64,000 bases of DNA, from the IMG/VR virus record IMGVR_UViG_3300042923_000281, positions 186,001 to 250,000 of that record, one strand, 5' to 3'. Positions 26,531 to 36,758 of the stretch are shown here, piece by piece. The position numbers and the translations under genes were made by a program. The notes beneath the pieces were generated by a model. The model did no database searches and was not told the DNA's origin. It saw only the letters and a program-made list of their open reading frames with translations. Numbering within the stretch: the first letter of the stretch is position 1; each line of letters begins with the position of its first letter.

Positions 26531-28129
26531 TTAGACTGCCGCGCCTTCTACTTGGCTGATCTTCAGTGCGGCTAGGGTGAAAAAAACGTAACCGATGTCG
26601 ATTGGGATCAAGTACGGATGCGTTTGATCTTCAGGCTCCTTCTGGCACGCCGGGCACTTGACTTTCGGCAGGCCGATGTAGGAGACCGTCGACTTCTTGA
26701 TCCACTCGAGGATCTCGTTGGTGAACTTGTCGCCCACCTCAGGATCTTCAGACAGCATCTCGAGGATGCGGTCCTTGTTGACCAGGTCATCGTAGATGAT
26801 CGGCGCTGCATCAGGATCGAGCGCATGCTCGAAATGATCGACCCAATGGCCGTACTGACGCAGGTTCGTCAACGCACCACTGCGCATGATGTGTCGCATG
26901 CGGTCCATCTCAGAGAGACGGGCGCCGAACGCATCGTTGGTCGCTTTGGAGATACCGTCGACCCACACGTGGCCGCCATCGATCTGGGCTGCCAGCGAAG
27001 TCACCTTCAGCACAGCAGTCAGGCCCTTGCCCAGCGGAACACGTTTCTCGTAGAACGGGAACTCCGCTTGGTATTCAGCCAGCCACTTCGCATCACGCTT
27101 GGCGCTACGAGAGGCCATCTTCAGCGCTTGGCTTGGGGTGATCTTGGCGCGGTCAACAAAGCCCATACGAGCAAAGTTGATCAGCACTTCGTCGACGTGC
27201 TTGCACTTGTCTGGATCGGCCACGCATGGCTGACGCAGTGGGTAGCCGTCCGGGTACATCGCACAGGCCAGACCCCACATCACTTGCTGGTAGTCACGGC
27301 TGCGGATCACTTCCATCAGCTCGTCAACGGTATCGCCGGTTTCGAAGGCGTAGTTGACGGAGACGATGTGCTCCAGCGCGAATCGCATGTAGGTTTCAAC
27401 GGTGTAGACTTCCACCGAGGAGAACACCATGCCGTTCGAGGAACGACCGAGGTTCATCTTCTCCATGCGGGTCTTCTGTTCGAAGTCCAGCAGCGCTTGG
27501 ATGGTCGGGGCACGGAATGTCACCCACAGACCAGTGTTCCACAGCGGCACCTGCACCATCGAGCCTTGGCCGAAGGTTGCACGGATTGCCATGACCGGGT
27601 CTTTCATGTTGGCAGGCTTGACCTTACCAGCACCCAGACGGGTCTCGTTGTGCAGCACGGTGTTGTGCCAATCGCCTTCACCGTCGATGCCGTCGAAGTA
27701 CATGTCCTGCCACACGGCAGAAAGCGTACGGGACAGGTTCACCAGACGACGATCTTCCGGGGAGAGGGACTCAGCCTTTTCTTTACTGAGTTCGTTCAGA
27801 CCACGGTGATCCATGATCATTGCCATCTCGTCCATGCCCACTTTCAAAGCCACGAGGCCAGGACGTGCAGGGTCGAGTGACTGACGCTTGAACATTGGTT
27901 CGGTCAGGGTGACGTGAGGGTTCGGTTTATCGAACTGATCCCACAACCCTTCGATTTCCATGGTGACTTCAGGTGTTTGTTCTGCTGGAGGCTTAGCAGT
28001 GGCCGCTGCTGTGGTGGCTTGGGCAAACGCATCAGCGCTCTGAGAGCTGTCAACGTTTGGCACCAAGTTGGACGTATCCAACTCCACCTCATCCATTCCT
28101 TCATTCTGGGGTTTCTGGTCGTCGCTCAT
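26531..28129 (-). CDS. Conserved protein (phiKZ gp77-like), probable tail/baseplate-hub assembly chaperone
   Basis: 532 aa with FRAPT, C..C and CPAC Zn motifs reminiscent of T4 gp26/gp51-type chaperones; slippery site near the 3' end. Confidence 0.55.
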   Translation of the reverse strand: MSDDQKPQNEGMDEVELDTSNLVPNVDSSQSADAFAQATTAAATAKPPAEQTPEVTMEIEGLWDQFDKPNPHVTLTEPMFKRQSLDPARPGLVALKVGMDEMAMIMDHRGLNELSKEKAESLSPEDRRLVNLSRTLSAVWQDMYFDGIDGEGDWHNTVLHNETRLGAGKVKPANMKDPVMAIRATFGQGSMVQVPLWNTGLWVTFRAPTIQALLDFEQKTRMEKMNLGRSSNGMVFSSVEVYTVETYMRFALEHIVSVNYAFETGDTVDELMEVIRSRDYQQVMWGLACAMYPDGYPLRQPCVADPDKCKHVDEVLINFARMGFVDRAKITPSQALKMASRSAKRDAKWLAEYQAEFPFYEKRVPLGKGLTAVLKVTSLAAQIDGGHVWVDGISKATNDAFGARLSEMDRMRHIMRSGALTNLRQYGHWVDHFEHALDPDAAPIIYDDLVNKDRILEMLSEDPEVGDKFTNEILEWIKKSTVSYIGLPKVKCPACQKEPEDQTHPYLIPIDIGYVFFTLAALKISQVEGAAV

Positions 28130-28141
28130 GATCCTGCCTTA

Positions 28142-28525
28142 TTACGCAGTTTTCTTTTCGGAACGAACAAGATCACTGATCAAATCCATCAGCTCACCGG
28201 AGTGAGGGGAGACGGTTGCAGTGGTCTGTTCAATGAAATCATAATAATCACCACCGGCCTTGAGCAGCACAGGGTGATTAGGATTATTCAACACGGCTGA
28301 CGTGATGTCGGCGCTGTGTTTGGCTTTGATCCCGTCGAGACGTTTCTTCATCTCTTCCAGATCACGTTTGATGATGCGGGTCAACTCAGCGACACGCTTG
28401 CCGTTCGGAGATTTACTCCAATCGTAGCGAGCTGCGTCTTGAGTGGTTGTAGCGAAACTGTGCAGTAGTCTCAAGGACTGTTGGTGAAGGGACTGCAACC
28501 CCTGACTCCGTGTAAGCTTGGACAT
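28142..28525 (-). CDS. Hypothetical protein (gp78-like)
   Basis: 127 aa helical ORF. Confidence 0.55.
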   Translation of the reverse strand: MSKLTRSQGLQSLHQQSLRLLHSFATTTQDAARYDWSKSPNGKRVAELTRIIKRDLEEMKKRLDGIKAKHSADITSAVLNNPNHPVLLKAGGDYYDFIEQTTATVSPHSGELMDLISDLVRSEKKTA

Positions 28526-28622
28526 GATCTTTTAAACCCCAGTAATATGGAAAATGGACTGGCCAATTATTTGTACTTTACTCATAGTAGGTCGGCTAAA
28601 CTTTTTTTATTAGGAAAACACA

Positions 28623-29459
28623 ATGTTCCAAGAACTCTCTGACATTCTTCTGGACAATGTGCACCCTGCCATCTACAGTGGAATGGTGACACTTACTCGG
28701 GCACTGGAAAAGCATCAAGCTGTCCAGTACAAGGAGCGCATCATTCAATTGCGGATGGATGCGAATAACCGTGAACCACTCACCTTGACCGATGAGGCGA
28801 TCTCGATCGTCTACGACCAGGTGCGTGCCCTGACCCAACAGATGAAAATCCAGTTGGAGTTGGACACCTTGAGCATGGACAAGCTTTCCATGATCCTGGA
28901 GTGTCTGACCTTTACACCTAGCGATAATGATTCAGAGTATCTGGCAGCTTTGGATGCTGGAGAGGACTCTGAGGACACGCTGCACGACATTCTGGCCATC
29001 TACATGCAGTGTGAGCCCATCGAATTGATGGAGTACGTCACAGGTGTGGACGGTGCGGTCATCGTGGCCATTCGTGAGACCGTGGAACGTAACCTCAGCT
29101 ACCTCGAGAAGGCAGAAGAGGGTGTGCAAGATGCGGTCGTGCTGCTGAACAAGTTCCAGACCCTCGTTGGGGACAAACTGACGGTGGGCATGGAGTCGTT
29201 GCAGGCAGGTACTGAGGTAGGTGCGTCGGCTGAAGAGCTGGTGAACCAATCTCGCAGTCGTCTGGCTGACTTGCCGGCTGAAGACTTGGCAGATCAGTTG
29301 CTCTCCATTGCGATTATCGCCAAGACCCCACGCGATGCCCTGCAAGACGAAGTCATGTTCTTCGCAGAGAACATCATCCATGACCCGTTCATGGTTCAGA
29401 AGGCTTACAAGCGCGTTACCAAGCGCCTGAGTGAGTTGCCACCGGAGAATACGCCGTGA
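28623..29459 (+). CDS. Conserved hypothetical/virion protein (gp79-like)
   Basis: 278 aa, SD AGGA, overlaps the vRNAP subunit gene (GTGA). Confidence 0.6.
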   Translation: MFQELSDILLDNVHPAIYSGMVTLTRALEKHQAVQYKERIIQLRMDANNREPLTLTDEAISIVYDQVRALTQQMKIQLELDTLSMDKLSMILECLTFTPSDNDSEYLAALDAGEDSEDTLHDILAIYMQCEPIELMEYVTGVDGAVIVAIRETVERNLSYLEKAEEGVQDAVVLLNKFQTLVGDKLTVGMESLQAGTEVGASAEELVNQSRSRLADLPAEDLADQLLSIAIIAKTPRDALQDEVMFFAENIIHDPFMVQKAYKRVTKRLSELPPENTP

Positions 29460-30802
29460 AGAAGCTTGACTTTTACATTGATGCCCTCCAGGCAGGTGCG
29501 TACCGTCGTAAGGACTGGGTCATCAGTGCTTTTTCGGTGGTGCGTGAACAGGCCTCGTTTCATGGACCGGTTCCTGAGACGCAAATGGGGGTGGGTGACC
29601 TTGCAGGGACCGAATTGTACTCGATCCGCTACGGTCGTGAGAGCACTGAGGTCTACGTGCCGACGTTGGCAGGTAATGAGTGGGTCTCCATTCAAGACAC
29701 CGTGCCAATGACCCCGCTGTTCTACCCGGCTGATGAGTTGAACGTCACTCCGGCCATGATTCCGAACTGCAAAGCGGCCGTGGAGTCCACGTTTGGCGAT
29801 ATGCTGTTCAATTGGATCGCGTTGGTCGAGCCTTTCCATGATCGCATTGACTATCAAGTCGGTCCGGTGAAGATTGGCGCCATCGAACGGATCATTGCCA
29901 AGAAATTGGTGGACGATCCTGAGATCTCGGGTATCGAACCACGCCCTGACCAGATCCCGGTCAAGATGTACATGCGCTTTGGTCGTTGTGTCGGGGCCTT
30001 GGCGGGCTTTACACAGATCTTCGTGCCTACCTTGACGCCTAAGTCACTCCAGACCGACCCTCAAGTGCGGGTACGTCGGGGTGAACTGCTCGAAGAGAAC
30101 GCTGATCGTCTCCATGACCCGGTTGTCGTGGCCAAGATCCAGAACGAACTCATCGACATGGACAAAGCGTGGCTTAAAGACGACCCGTCTGAAGGTTTCC
30201 TCCTGTCGAACAAGACTTGGGGTACGGCGCGTAAGCGGATGTTCCTCATCCACGGTCCTGAAGCAGGCTTTAACGAGGGCGGTAACGCTGAACTCGTGGT
30301 CAACTCGCTGGAAGAAGGCTGGGACACCGACAAACTGGTGGCCATGTTCAACTCCACACGGGCGGGTTCCTTCTATCGGGGTGCTCTGACAGCCCTCGGC
30401 GGGGAAGCGGTGAAGTTCTTCATGCGGGTGTTCCAGAACGTTGCCATTTCTGAAGAAGATTGTGGCTCCCGACTGGGTATTGAACGCACCATCGAGAAAG
30501 GTCAGGGTGAATACTACGCTGGTCTGTGGGAAATCACCTCGACAGGTATTGCTCTGCTGACCGAAGAACGTGCGAAGAGTCTGGAAGGCAAGACCATCCG
30601 TACTCGTTCCCCTCAATTCTGCAAAACGGGCGGTACTGACTTCTGTGCGCGGTGTGTGGGTGATGCTCTGGCAGCCATTCCATTCGCTATCGGTGCGGAA
30701 AGTACCTCCGTGGCTTCCAAGTTCATGGACATCATGATGGCCTCGGCTCACGCCAAGGAACTGAAGACGGCCAAACTGAACGTGCTGGAAGCATTTACCT
30801 AA
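29456..30802 (+). CDS. Virion RNA polymerase beta' subunit fragment (phiKZ gp80-like)
   Basis: Bridge-helix-like RAGSFYRGALTALGG, EEDCGS and RSPQFC...FCARCVG Zn site of beta'. Confidence 0.85.
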   Translation: MKKLDFYIDALQAGAYRRKDWVISAFSVVREQASFHGPVPETQMGVGDLAGTELYSIRYGRESTEVYVPTLAGNEWVSIQDTVPMTPLFYPADELNVTPAMIPNCKAAVESTFGDMLFNWIALVEPFHDRIDYQVGPVKIGAIERIIAKKLVDDPEISGIEPRPDQIPVKMYMRFGRCVGALAGFTQIFVPTLTPKSLQTDPQVRVRRGELLEENADRLHDPVVVAKIQNELIDMDKAWLKDDPSEGFLLSNKTWGTARKRMFLIHGPEAGFNEGGNAELVVNSLEEGWDTDKLVAMFNSTRAGSFYRGALTALGGEAVKFFMRVFQNVAISEEDCGSRLGIERTIEKGQGEYYAGLWEITSTGIALLTEERAKSLEGKTIRTRSPQFCKTGGTDFCARCVGDALAAIPFAIGAESTSVASKFMDIMMASAHAKELKTAKLNVLEAFT

Positions 30803-30811
30803 GGGTGCCTC

Positions 30812-33727
30812 ATGAGCGACAAATACAACGGCAAATATCCCAAGGCGTGGACTCCGCAGGAGGTCGCAGCCTACAAAGAAACCGGGAACGAGCCTCCCAA
30901 GTCCAAGAACGGCTTGTGGGTAACTGATGGTGAACGCGAAGCCAAGGAGTTGAAGGACTGGACCTTGGCTGAACTGTTCGCACTGGCCAACGGTGAGCTG
31001 TATTCCTTCCACACCACCGGCAGTGACGACTTCTACGCTGCTGTCCGTGGCAAAGCGGTGCTGGATGATCGTGATGCTGTCAAGTGGGGTGAAGAAGACC
31101 TCTACAACTGGCTGGTGTTTGAACGTCCTCCGGCTAAAAGCCCGAACGGTTACTACATCAATGACCCGGAACGTTGGGTCAAAGATGCCAGCAAGTGGAA
31201 CGACACTGAACTGTCGGATCTGGGGGCGGGTTACTTCGGGGAACCGGAGAAGAGCCAGCTCTACATCCTCGATGAGGCCTGTGAGCGCTTTGACTTGCCG
31301 CTCGGGATCACATGGGAAGACTTCTGTGCGTACATCACGACCAAAGCCAAACCTGCCCTGACTCACAACGACATCCTGGTCAATGACCGTAACCGTGTGG
31401 GTAAGGCGATTGCGGATTGGTCGGAAGCTGAGGTCGAAGCCTGGCTGCTGGATGAGATCGTTGTTGAAGATGAGCAACGTTTGGCTCAGTTGCTGGCCCG
31501 GTGTGTGAAGTTGTTCGGTACAGGTCGTTACTGGACCAAGGACATGATCAAGGACTACGTCATTCGTGGTGCCGGTCCTGATGATCCCTTGGGTAACTGG
31601 CCCGACATTGACTACAGTCAGTACACTGACGAGCAGTTGACCATCCTGGCTGAAGAAGACAACGACACCGAAGCCCAGCATGAACTGCTGAGCCGCCACC
31701 CTGCGTTTGACCCACCACCGGAGCCTGAAGATGAACCAGCCCCAGTACCCCCTGTTGCCGAAGAACCTGACGACAGCGGAGCAGAGGAAGAAACTGGACT
31801 TGATCCAGAAGACGGAGGCCCTACTGGAGAGCCTGAGGAACCTGAACCTGAGCCGGATGCACCTAGCGATGACGATAGTGGCCCGGAGGAAGCGGAACCG
31901 GATGTTGAGGAACCGCCTACGGTGCTCTGGACGGATCTGGTGCCGGAAGGTACGCCACTCCATGAAGCGCTTGTCACTGGGACACCTGATGTCGTAATCG
32001 CCGACACCGATCGTCGACGTTTGCTCAGTGCCTCCAAGTGGACCCTCACTGAACTCATCGGTTGGGCACGGGGTGAAATCTCCAACAGCCTGAACACCAC
32101 TGACGACACTCTCATTACGGCTCTGCGAGTCGCTCTGGGGTCGTTTGTTACCAACTGGTCAAACGGTGCGGTAAAGACCTTTGTCGTCTCTCAGGAGCTT
32201 CCTGCGGGCTTTGAGACAGGGGTTCTGGTTGAGGACTGCATCCGTGATCGCATGCACCCAGGTGACTGGCGTGAAGAGGAAGTCAAGGCATGGGCGGCGG
32301 GTAAAGTCATCACGACTGTTGCTGCTGACCGTATCCTCTTAGCGGCTCGGAATCGGTTCAGTATCCCAGACCGACTGAACGACGAAGAAGTCAAGGAGTA
32401 CATCGTGACAGGTATCATGCCTGATGACACGATTCCTCCGATCGAAGCGTGCAAGCCTGTGTCCAAGCGTCAACTGGATGCGTGGCTCAAAGGTGAACTC
32501 CCGGCTGACAAGGCTGAGGAAGAGCGCCTGTTCGTGCAGGCTCGACAAGCGTACGGCATTGACATCCATTGGACCAATGCTCACCTCCTTGCGTACATCC
32601 GTAACGGCTCCTCGCCCAAGCGTTTGCCCGATGGGACGCTGGTCGAAGATCGGATGCGGTGCAACGATGCATGCACCAACTGGTCGTGGAAAGAACTGCG
32701 TGCCTTGGCAGCAGGCGAGCTCACTGCTCAGTTCACCATCACCGATGCCATGGACCGTATTCGTCGTTTGATCGACGTGCAGTTCGGGGTGAGTCCTGCT
32801 CACTGGTCGGACGACGATGTGCTGAACTACCTGCTCACCAACGAGAAGCCGAAGTCACTGGAAAGCGGGGTCTACATCAACGACCCTACCCGTCCAATGA
32901 AACAGGCCATCGAATGGCGTGACGCTGAACTCAAGGCATGGTTGCGGGGTGAGATCACCGAAACCGTCAAGGCTCCAGAGGACGTATTGTGGGACGAGAT
33001 CTACGTTCGTTTCCGCGTTCCGTTGTTCTGGTACCGTGAGGATGCCAAATCGTATGTGCTGACCGGCAAGCAAGTACCTGCTACTCCATCAGGCATCTGG
33101 ATACGTGACCGTAACCGTGATGCTCGTCCGGTGAAGCATTGGACACGTCGGGAAATCAAGGCCTGGTGCCGTGGGCAGATCATGCCTTCGATCTCTGCCA
33201 GTCCTGAGACCATGATCAAGCGTGCTGCTGATCTCTTTGGGGTAACTACCCTGCTCGATGCTGATTCGATCAAGAAACGGATCAGCTCTATCACTGAGGA
33301 ATCCATGACCATGACCGTCAAATTTGTTGACAACGACCTGAAGTCGTACGAAGAAGGCCGTAAAGCCGCAGGCGACAACGCTGCTGCTGCCGCGCCTTAC
33401 CAGACGCTGCTGGACCGTTGCATCAGCCGTGTACTGCGCCTGGAAGGTGAAGACTTCGTGCAGGGTTGGACCGAACTGCTGAACTTCTTCCACAAGAACA
33501 GCAACGGCATCATGTCGCCGAAGAAGGTCTACACTGGCGTTGGCCAGATGTCGATCACTCCAAAAGGCCTGCGTCTGTTCAACAACATGACGTCGGTTCT
33601 GATGCAGACTGCTGATCCTGCGACCCGTGACCGCGCTGTCAAAGTCATCGAGTGGAACGCTTCCTTGAAAGAAGTGACCAACGAGAAGACGCGTCAATCG
33701 CTGCTGGCGTACTACGGCCTCAGCTAA
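30812..33727 (+). CDS. Large Trp-repeat protein with Pro/Glu linker and distinct C-terminal domain
   Basis: 971 aa; about 8 degenerate units of roughly 80 aa (W..Y..P..G.[WYL].D..R......W...E...W..G). Confidence 0.7.
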   Translation: MSDKYNGKYPKAWTPQEVAAYKETGNEPPKSKNGLWVTDGEREAKELKDWTLAELFALANGELYSFHTTGSDDFYAAVRGKAVLDDRDAVKWGEEDLYNWLVFERPPAKSPNGYYINDPERWVKDASKWNDTELSDLGAGYFGEPEKSQLYILDEACERFDLPLGITWEDFCAYITTKAKPALTHNDILVNDRNRVGKAIADWSEAEVEAWLLDEIVVEDEQRLAQLLARCVKLFGTGRYWTKDMIKDYVIRGAGPDDPLGNWPDIDYSQYTDEQLTILAEEDNDTEAQHELLSRHPAFDPPPEPEDEPAPVPPVAEEPDDSGAEEETGLDPEDGGPTGEPEEPEPEPDAPSDDDSGPEEAEPDVEEPPTVLWTDLVPEGTPLHEALVTGTPDVVIADTDRRRLLSASKWTLTELIGWARGEISNSLNTTDDTLITALRVALGSFVTNWSNGAVKTFVVSQELPAGFETGVLVEDCIRDRMHPGDWREEEVKAWAAGKVITTVAADRILLAARNRFSIPDRLNDEEVKEYIVTGIMPDDTIPPIEACKPVSKRQLDAWLKGELPADKAEEERLFVQARQAYGIDIHWTNAHLLAYIRNGSSPKRLPDGTLVEDRMRCNDACTNWSWKELRALAAGELTAQFTITDAMDRIRRLIDVQFGVSPAHWSDDDVLNYLLTNEKPKSLESGVYINDPTRPMKQAIEWRDAELKAWLRGEITETVKAPEDVLWDEIYVRFRVPLFWYREDAKSYVLTGKQVPATPSGIWIRDRNRDARPVKHWTRREIKAWCRGQIMPSISASPETMIKRAADLFGVTTLLDADSIKKRISSITEESMTMTVKFVDNDLKSYEEGRKAAGDNAAAAAPYQTLLDRCISRVLRLEGEDFVQGWTELLNFFHKNSNGIMSPKKVYTGVGQMSITPKGLRLFNNMTSVLMQTADPATRDRAVKVIEWNASLKEVTNEKTRQSLLAYYGLS

Positions 33728-33743
33728 CAAAGAAAAAAGAAAG

Positions 33744-33770
33744 GAGACAGGAGCCCTAGGGCTCCTGTCT
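33744..33770. terminator. Bidirectional hairpin terminator
   Basis: GAGACAGGAGCCCTAGGGCTCCTGTCTC palindrome between convergent genes. Confidence 0.7.
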
Positions 33771-33778
33771 CTATTCCG

Positions 33779-34117
33779 TCAGATCGAGATTTCGATGATG
33801 TTCTGCCAGTTGTTCAACTGCTCGTGGTTGTAGCTGTACAACATGGTGAAGTGCATGCTCACGTAGCCTTGCTCGTAGTGCTTGCGTTGAATTACGCTCA
33901 GCACTTTGTAGAGATCCTTCTTGTGCTCTGTCTCTTGTTCCCAGCCAACCTTACTATCCAGCGGAAACACCGTCAGATAGGTCCCGCCATTGGGAGCGCA
34001 GGTGTGAAGCCCGCTATGGGCTAAGCCAAGTTCGTCACACTTGGCCATCACTTGCTCCATCCCGTTGCGATCGGACGTTGACATCACGTGCAACGTCCTG
34101 AATCCGTACTCACTCAT
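33779..34117 (-). CDS. Hypothetical protein
   Basis: 112 aa, SD GGGAG. Confidence 0.6.
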   Translation of the reverse strand: MSEYGFRTLHVMSTSDRNGMEQVMAKCDELGLAHSGLHTCAPNGGTYLTVFPLDSKVGWEQETEHKKDLYKVLSVIQRKHYEQGYVSMHFTMLYSYNHEQLNNWQNIIEISI

Positions 34118-34128
34118 TACCTTCTCCC

Positions 34129-34725
34129 TTACAACAATGCGATTTCATCACGCTGCTTTTGCAGCTCTTCACCAAAGCACGTCAGGTACATTTCAGGATA
34201 GCGTGCATAACCGCTCATCCCAAACTTCTCCTTTAGATGCTTGACCGATTCTTCATACCGCTGATCTTCCGACTGTTCCGGATGATGCGCCACGCGATAC
34301 AGAATGGCTCGTTCCAGCATATCCGAGACATTCCCCGGCATCATTCGATCAGCTGCGTTAATCAGCTCACAGAACTGACTGTGGAACGATCCTTTGAACG
34401 ATGCCCGATGCTGATGACACCCCCATGCGACCATCTTTGTTTCCAATGGATCAAGGTTATCAAGGATCACCGGATGATCCGTGCTCATCATCCAATGAAA
34501 ACTCAATTCATGATGATTCACCCGACTCCACGCAAACATATCGTGAAAGTACGCTGCAAACAGAATCAGCTTTGGATCATACCCAAAGTCCATTCGGTTA
34601 CTGATTGCAGTACCACATTGAAACACCGCTTCAAAGTGATTCTCTCGATGCGCTTTATCATTCAGCTCCCACACATGTGAGAATCCCTTAATGATCTCTT
34701 GACGCCATTCGGGAATATTCTTCAC
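34129..34725 (-). CDS. HD-domain phosphohydrolase
   Basis: H...H, AAYFHD, HH, HR and ADR motifs; SD AAGGAG with GTG start. Confidence 0.8.
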   Translation of the reverse strand: MKNIPEWRQEIIKGFSHVWELNDKAHRENHFEAVFQCGTAISNRMDFGYDPKLILFAAYFHDMFAWSRVNHHELSFHWMMSTDHPVILDNLDPLETKMVAWGCHQHRASFKGSFHSQFCELINAADRMMPGNVSDMLERAILYRVAHHPEQSEDQRYEESVKHLKEKFGMSGYARYPEMYLTCFGEELQKQRDEIALL

Positions 34726-34820
34726 TGCTCACTCCTTGGTGATGGTTATCTCACTCTTACAATGTAGTGCTACAGATTCTTGGAATCAAAAAAGAAAGGG
34801 AGGGCCGAAGCCCTCTCCTT

Positions 34821-35201
34821 TTATTCGTAAGCGAACCGGATGTAGATCTGGAGTTGCTCCGTCAGGTACTTGACCTTGGCGGTGGAGAACAGCAATTGGT
34901 CCAGAGCACCGTACATGTACGACGGGTCTTCAGGACTGATCTGGTGACGGTCTTGCCAGTAGCGCTGCAAGTGTTCCAGCTTCAGTTTCGTGGTCGGGTA
35001 GGAAGGCATCTCAGGCTTCCAGCCTTCCTGTTCGATCAAGTGATGAGCAGCCTGAACGCCACCGAACAATGCGTAACGGCACTGGTCAATGATCTCAGGA
35101 TCGACGGAGACCTTGTTGGCAGTGAGGACAGCTTCCAGCTCTGCCAAGGCAGTGACGTGCAAATGCCAGTGGACCTGACGTGCACCGATTGAATTGTTCA
35201 T
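34821..35201 (-). CDS. Hypothetical protein
   Basis: 126 aa, SD GAGG. Confidence 0.6.
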   Translation of the reverse strand: MNNSIGARQVHWHLHVTALAELEAVLTANKVSVDPEIIDQCRYALFGGVQAAHHLIEQEGWKPEMPSYPTTKLKLEHLQRYWQDRHQISPEDPSYMYGALDQLLFSTAKVKYLTEQLQIYIRFAYE

Positions 35202-35206
35202 GCTGC

Positions 35207-36217
35207 TTAGACCTCTTTCATTGATAGTTCGTGTCTGGTCAGAAGGTCATCAGCGATGCCATCCATGTCGTTCAGCAGGTCGTTAACCAGCAATGGGTTA
35301 CGGTACCAGTCATTGATGTAGACGATGCCATCACGAGCGTTTACATCGTCTATGCCGACTGAACTGATGTAGACGATGTCACTGATGCCACCGCGAGCAC
35401 TGTAGTCCCAGTCACGCTTGGATGATAACTTCACGCGGTAACCACGCCATTCAAACCAGGTATGGTTGACCTCATACTTGGTATACATCTCGCCGGCCAA
35501 CAGTATCCGTAACTGATTGAAAGCACTTTCACCAGCGCCTTCTTCAGGGTTAGCCTGAGTGCCCCAGTAATGATCCATCAAGAGCCATTCGAGCTTCTCT
35601 GGAGGTTCACGATGCTCAGTACCCACCATGTATTCGTACAGGGGAGTGTAGAGCATCTTGTCCAGGTAAGCTGCCTCGACGGTAACCCCGTATGGCTTCT
35701 CGAACAACGGGCAGGTCAACAGTCCCTTGTTCTGGTGGAATTCCGGAAGCGTCAGTTGCATCTCGTTATTGTCCCAACAGAAGACCGTTTCACCTGTCCT
35801 CATGTCGACCGTTACCTGATCATGCTCAGGGTCGTAGGTGTTGAACACGAATTCATCGTCCCCGTCACGCTCTTCCGGACGGTTGACCATCCAGTAGTCC
35901 ATGATCGCTCTCAGCGGACGACTTGGGGATCGGTTCCAATGCTCAGCAGCTAGGTTTTCGATGATCGGTTCTTTACGAGGCACCCCGATCTTCTTGCCAG
36001 TCTGCATTGTGTACAGTTTGGCCCACGGACTTTCGCCGAAGAACAGTTCAGAGCGCATTCCGCCCATCATCTGATTGAACACGTTACGCAGGTCCATACC
36101 CATCATCTGGAGCACTGGCACCAACTGAGGATACGACGATGATAGCGAGTTGCCCATCAGGTTACGGGCGAGATTCTCGGCCATGTTCATGACCATTTCT
36201 TCGTTATCAGGAAGCAT
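35207..36217 (-). CDS. Hypothetical protein
   Basis: 336 aa ORF within an operon. Confidence 0.6.
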   Translation of the reverse strand: MLPDNEEMVMNMAENLARNLMGNSLSSSYPQLVPVLQMMGMDLRNVFNQMMGGMRSELFFGESPWAKLYTMQTGKKIGVPRKEPIIENLAAEHWNRSPSRPLRAIMDYWMVNRPEERDGDDEFVFNTYDPEHDQVTVDMRTGETVFCWDNNEMQLTLPEFHQNKGLLTCPLFEKPYGVTVEAAYLDKMLYTPLYEYMVGTEHREPPEKLEWLLMDHYWGTQANPEEGAGESAFNQLRILLAGEMYTKYEVNHTWFEWRGYRVKLSSKRDWDYSARGGISDIVYISSVGIDDVNARDGIVYINDWYRNPLLVNDLLNDMDGIADDLLTRHELSMKEV

Positions 36218-36222
36218 CTACA

Positions 36223-36708
36223 TTACCCCAGGTTGAATTTCTTTGGTTCATCGACAGTGATGCCCAGTCGAGCCATCGCAGACTGAGCGAAGAAGTCTTT
36301 TCGAATATCCGCTAGATTGTGCTCCCAGACACGCTTTGCATATTGCTCGAACACGTCGGGGTTCCGCTTGGGCATGTCCTTTATCAGGAGACGTCTCGCC
36401 TTGGCTTGTTCGTTGAGCAGTAGCTGGAACTGTTCTTGCCAGTCGATCTCATCCATGGCGTCCTTGCAGACACAGGAGAAGCCGTGCGGATCGGCACCAA
36501 CGCAGGACTGGATTGGGAACGCCCGGTTACCGCAGAAGACGCAGAAGCGGGTGTGGGTGTGGACACCCATCGTCGAAGTGGGTTTCGCCTCACTAATCGG
36601 GTCCCAGCTTGTCTTGTAGCCTGTGTTGCCGTCACCATGACTGGTGCCCACGAAACCCCTGCTGAAATGCTTGTGGGATCTCGGGTCAGCGTATTCTGGA
36701 ATAGCCAT
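36223..36708 (-). CDS. Hypothetical Zn-binding protein
   Basis: CVFC...CVC motifs, SD AGGAG. Confidence 0.6.
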   Translation of the reverse strand: MAIPEYADPRSHKHFSRGFVGTSHGDGNTGYKTSWDPISEAKPTSTMGVHTHTRFCVFCGNRAFPIQSCVGADPHGFSCVCKDAMDEIDWQEQFQLLLNEQAKARRLLIKDMPKRNPDVFEQYAKRVWEHNLADIRKDFFAQSAMARLGITVDEPKKFNLG

Positions 36709-36758
36709 TACTTGCTCCTAACCGAATAGATGGGAGGACCGAAGTCCTCCCACTTGAA

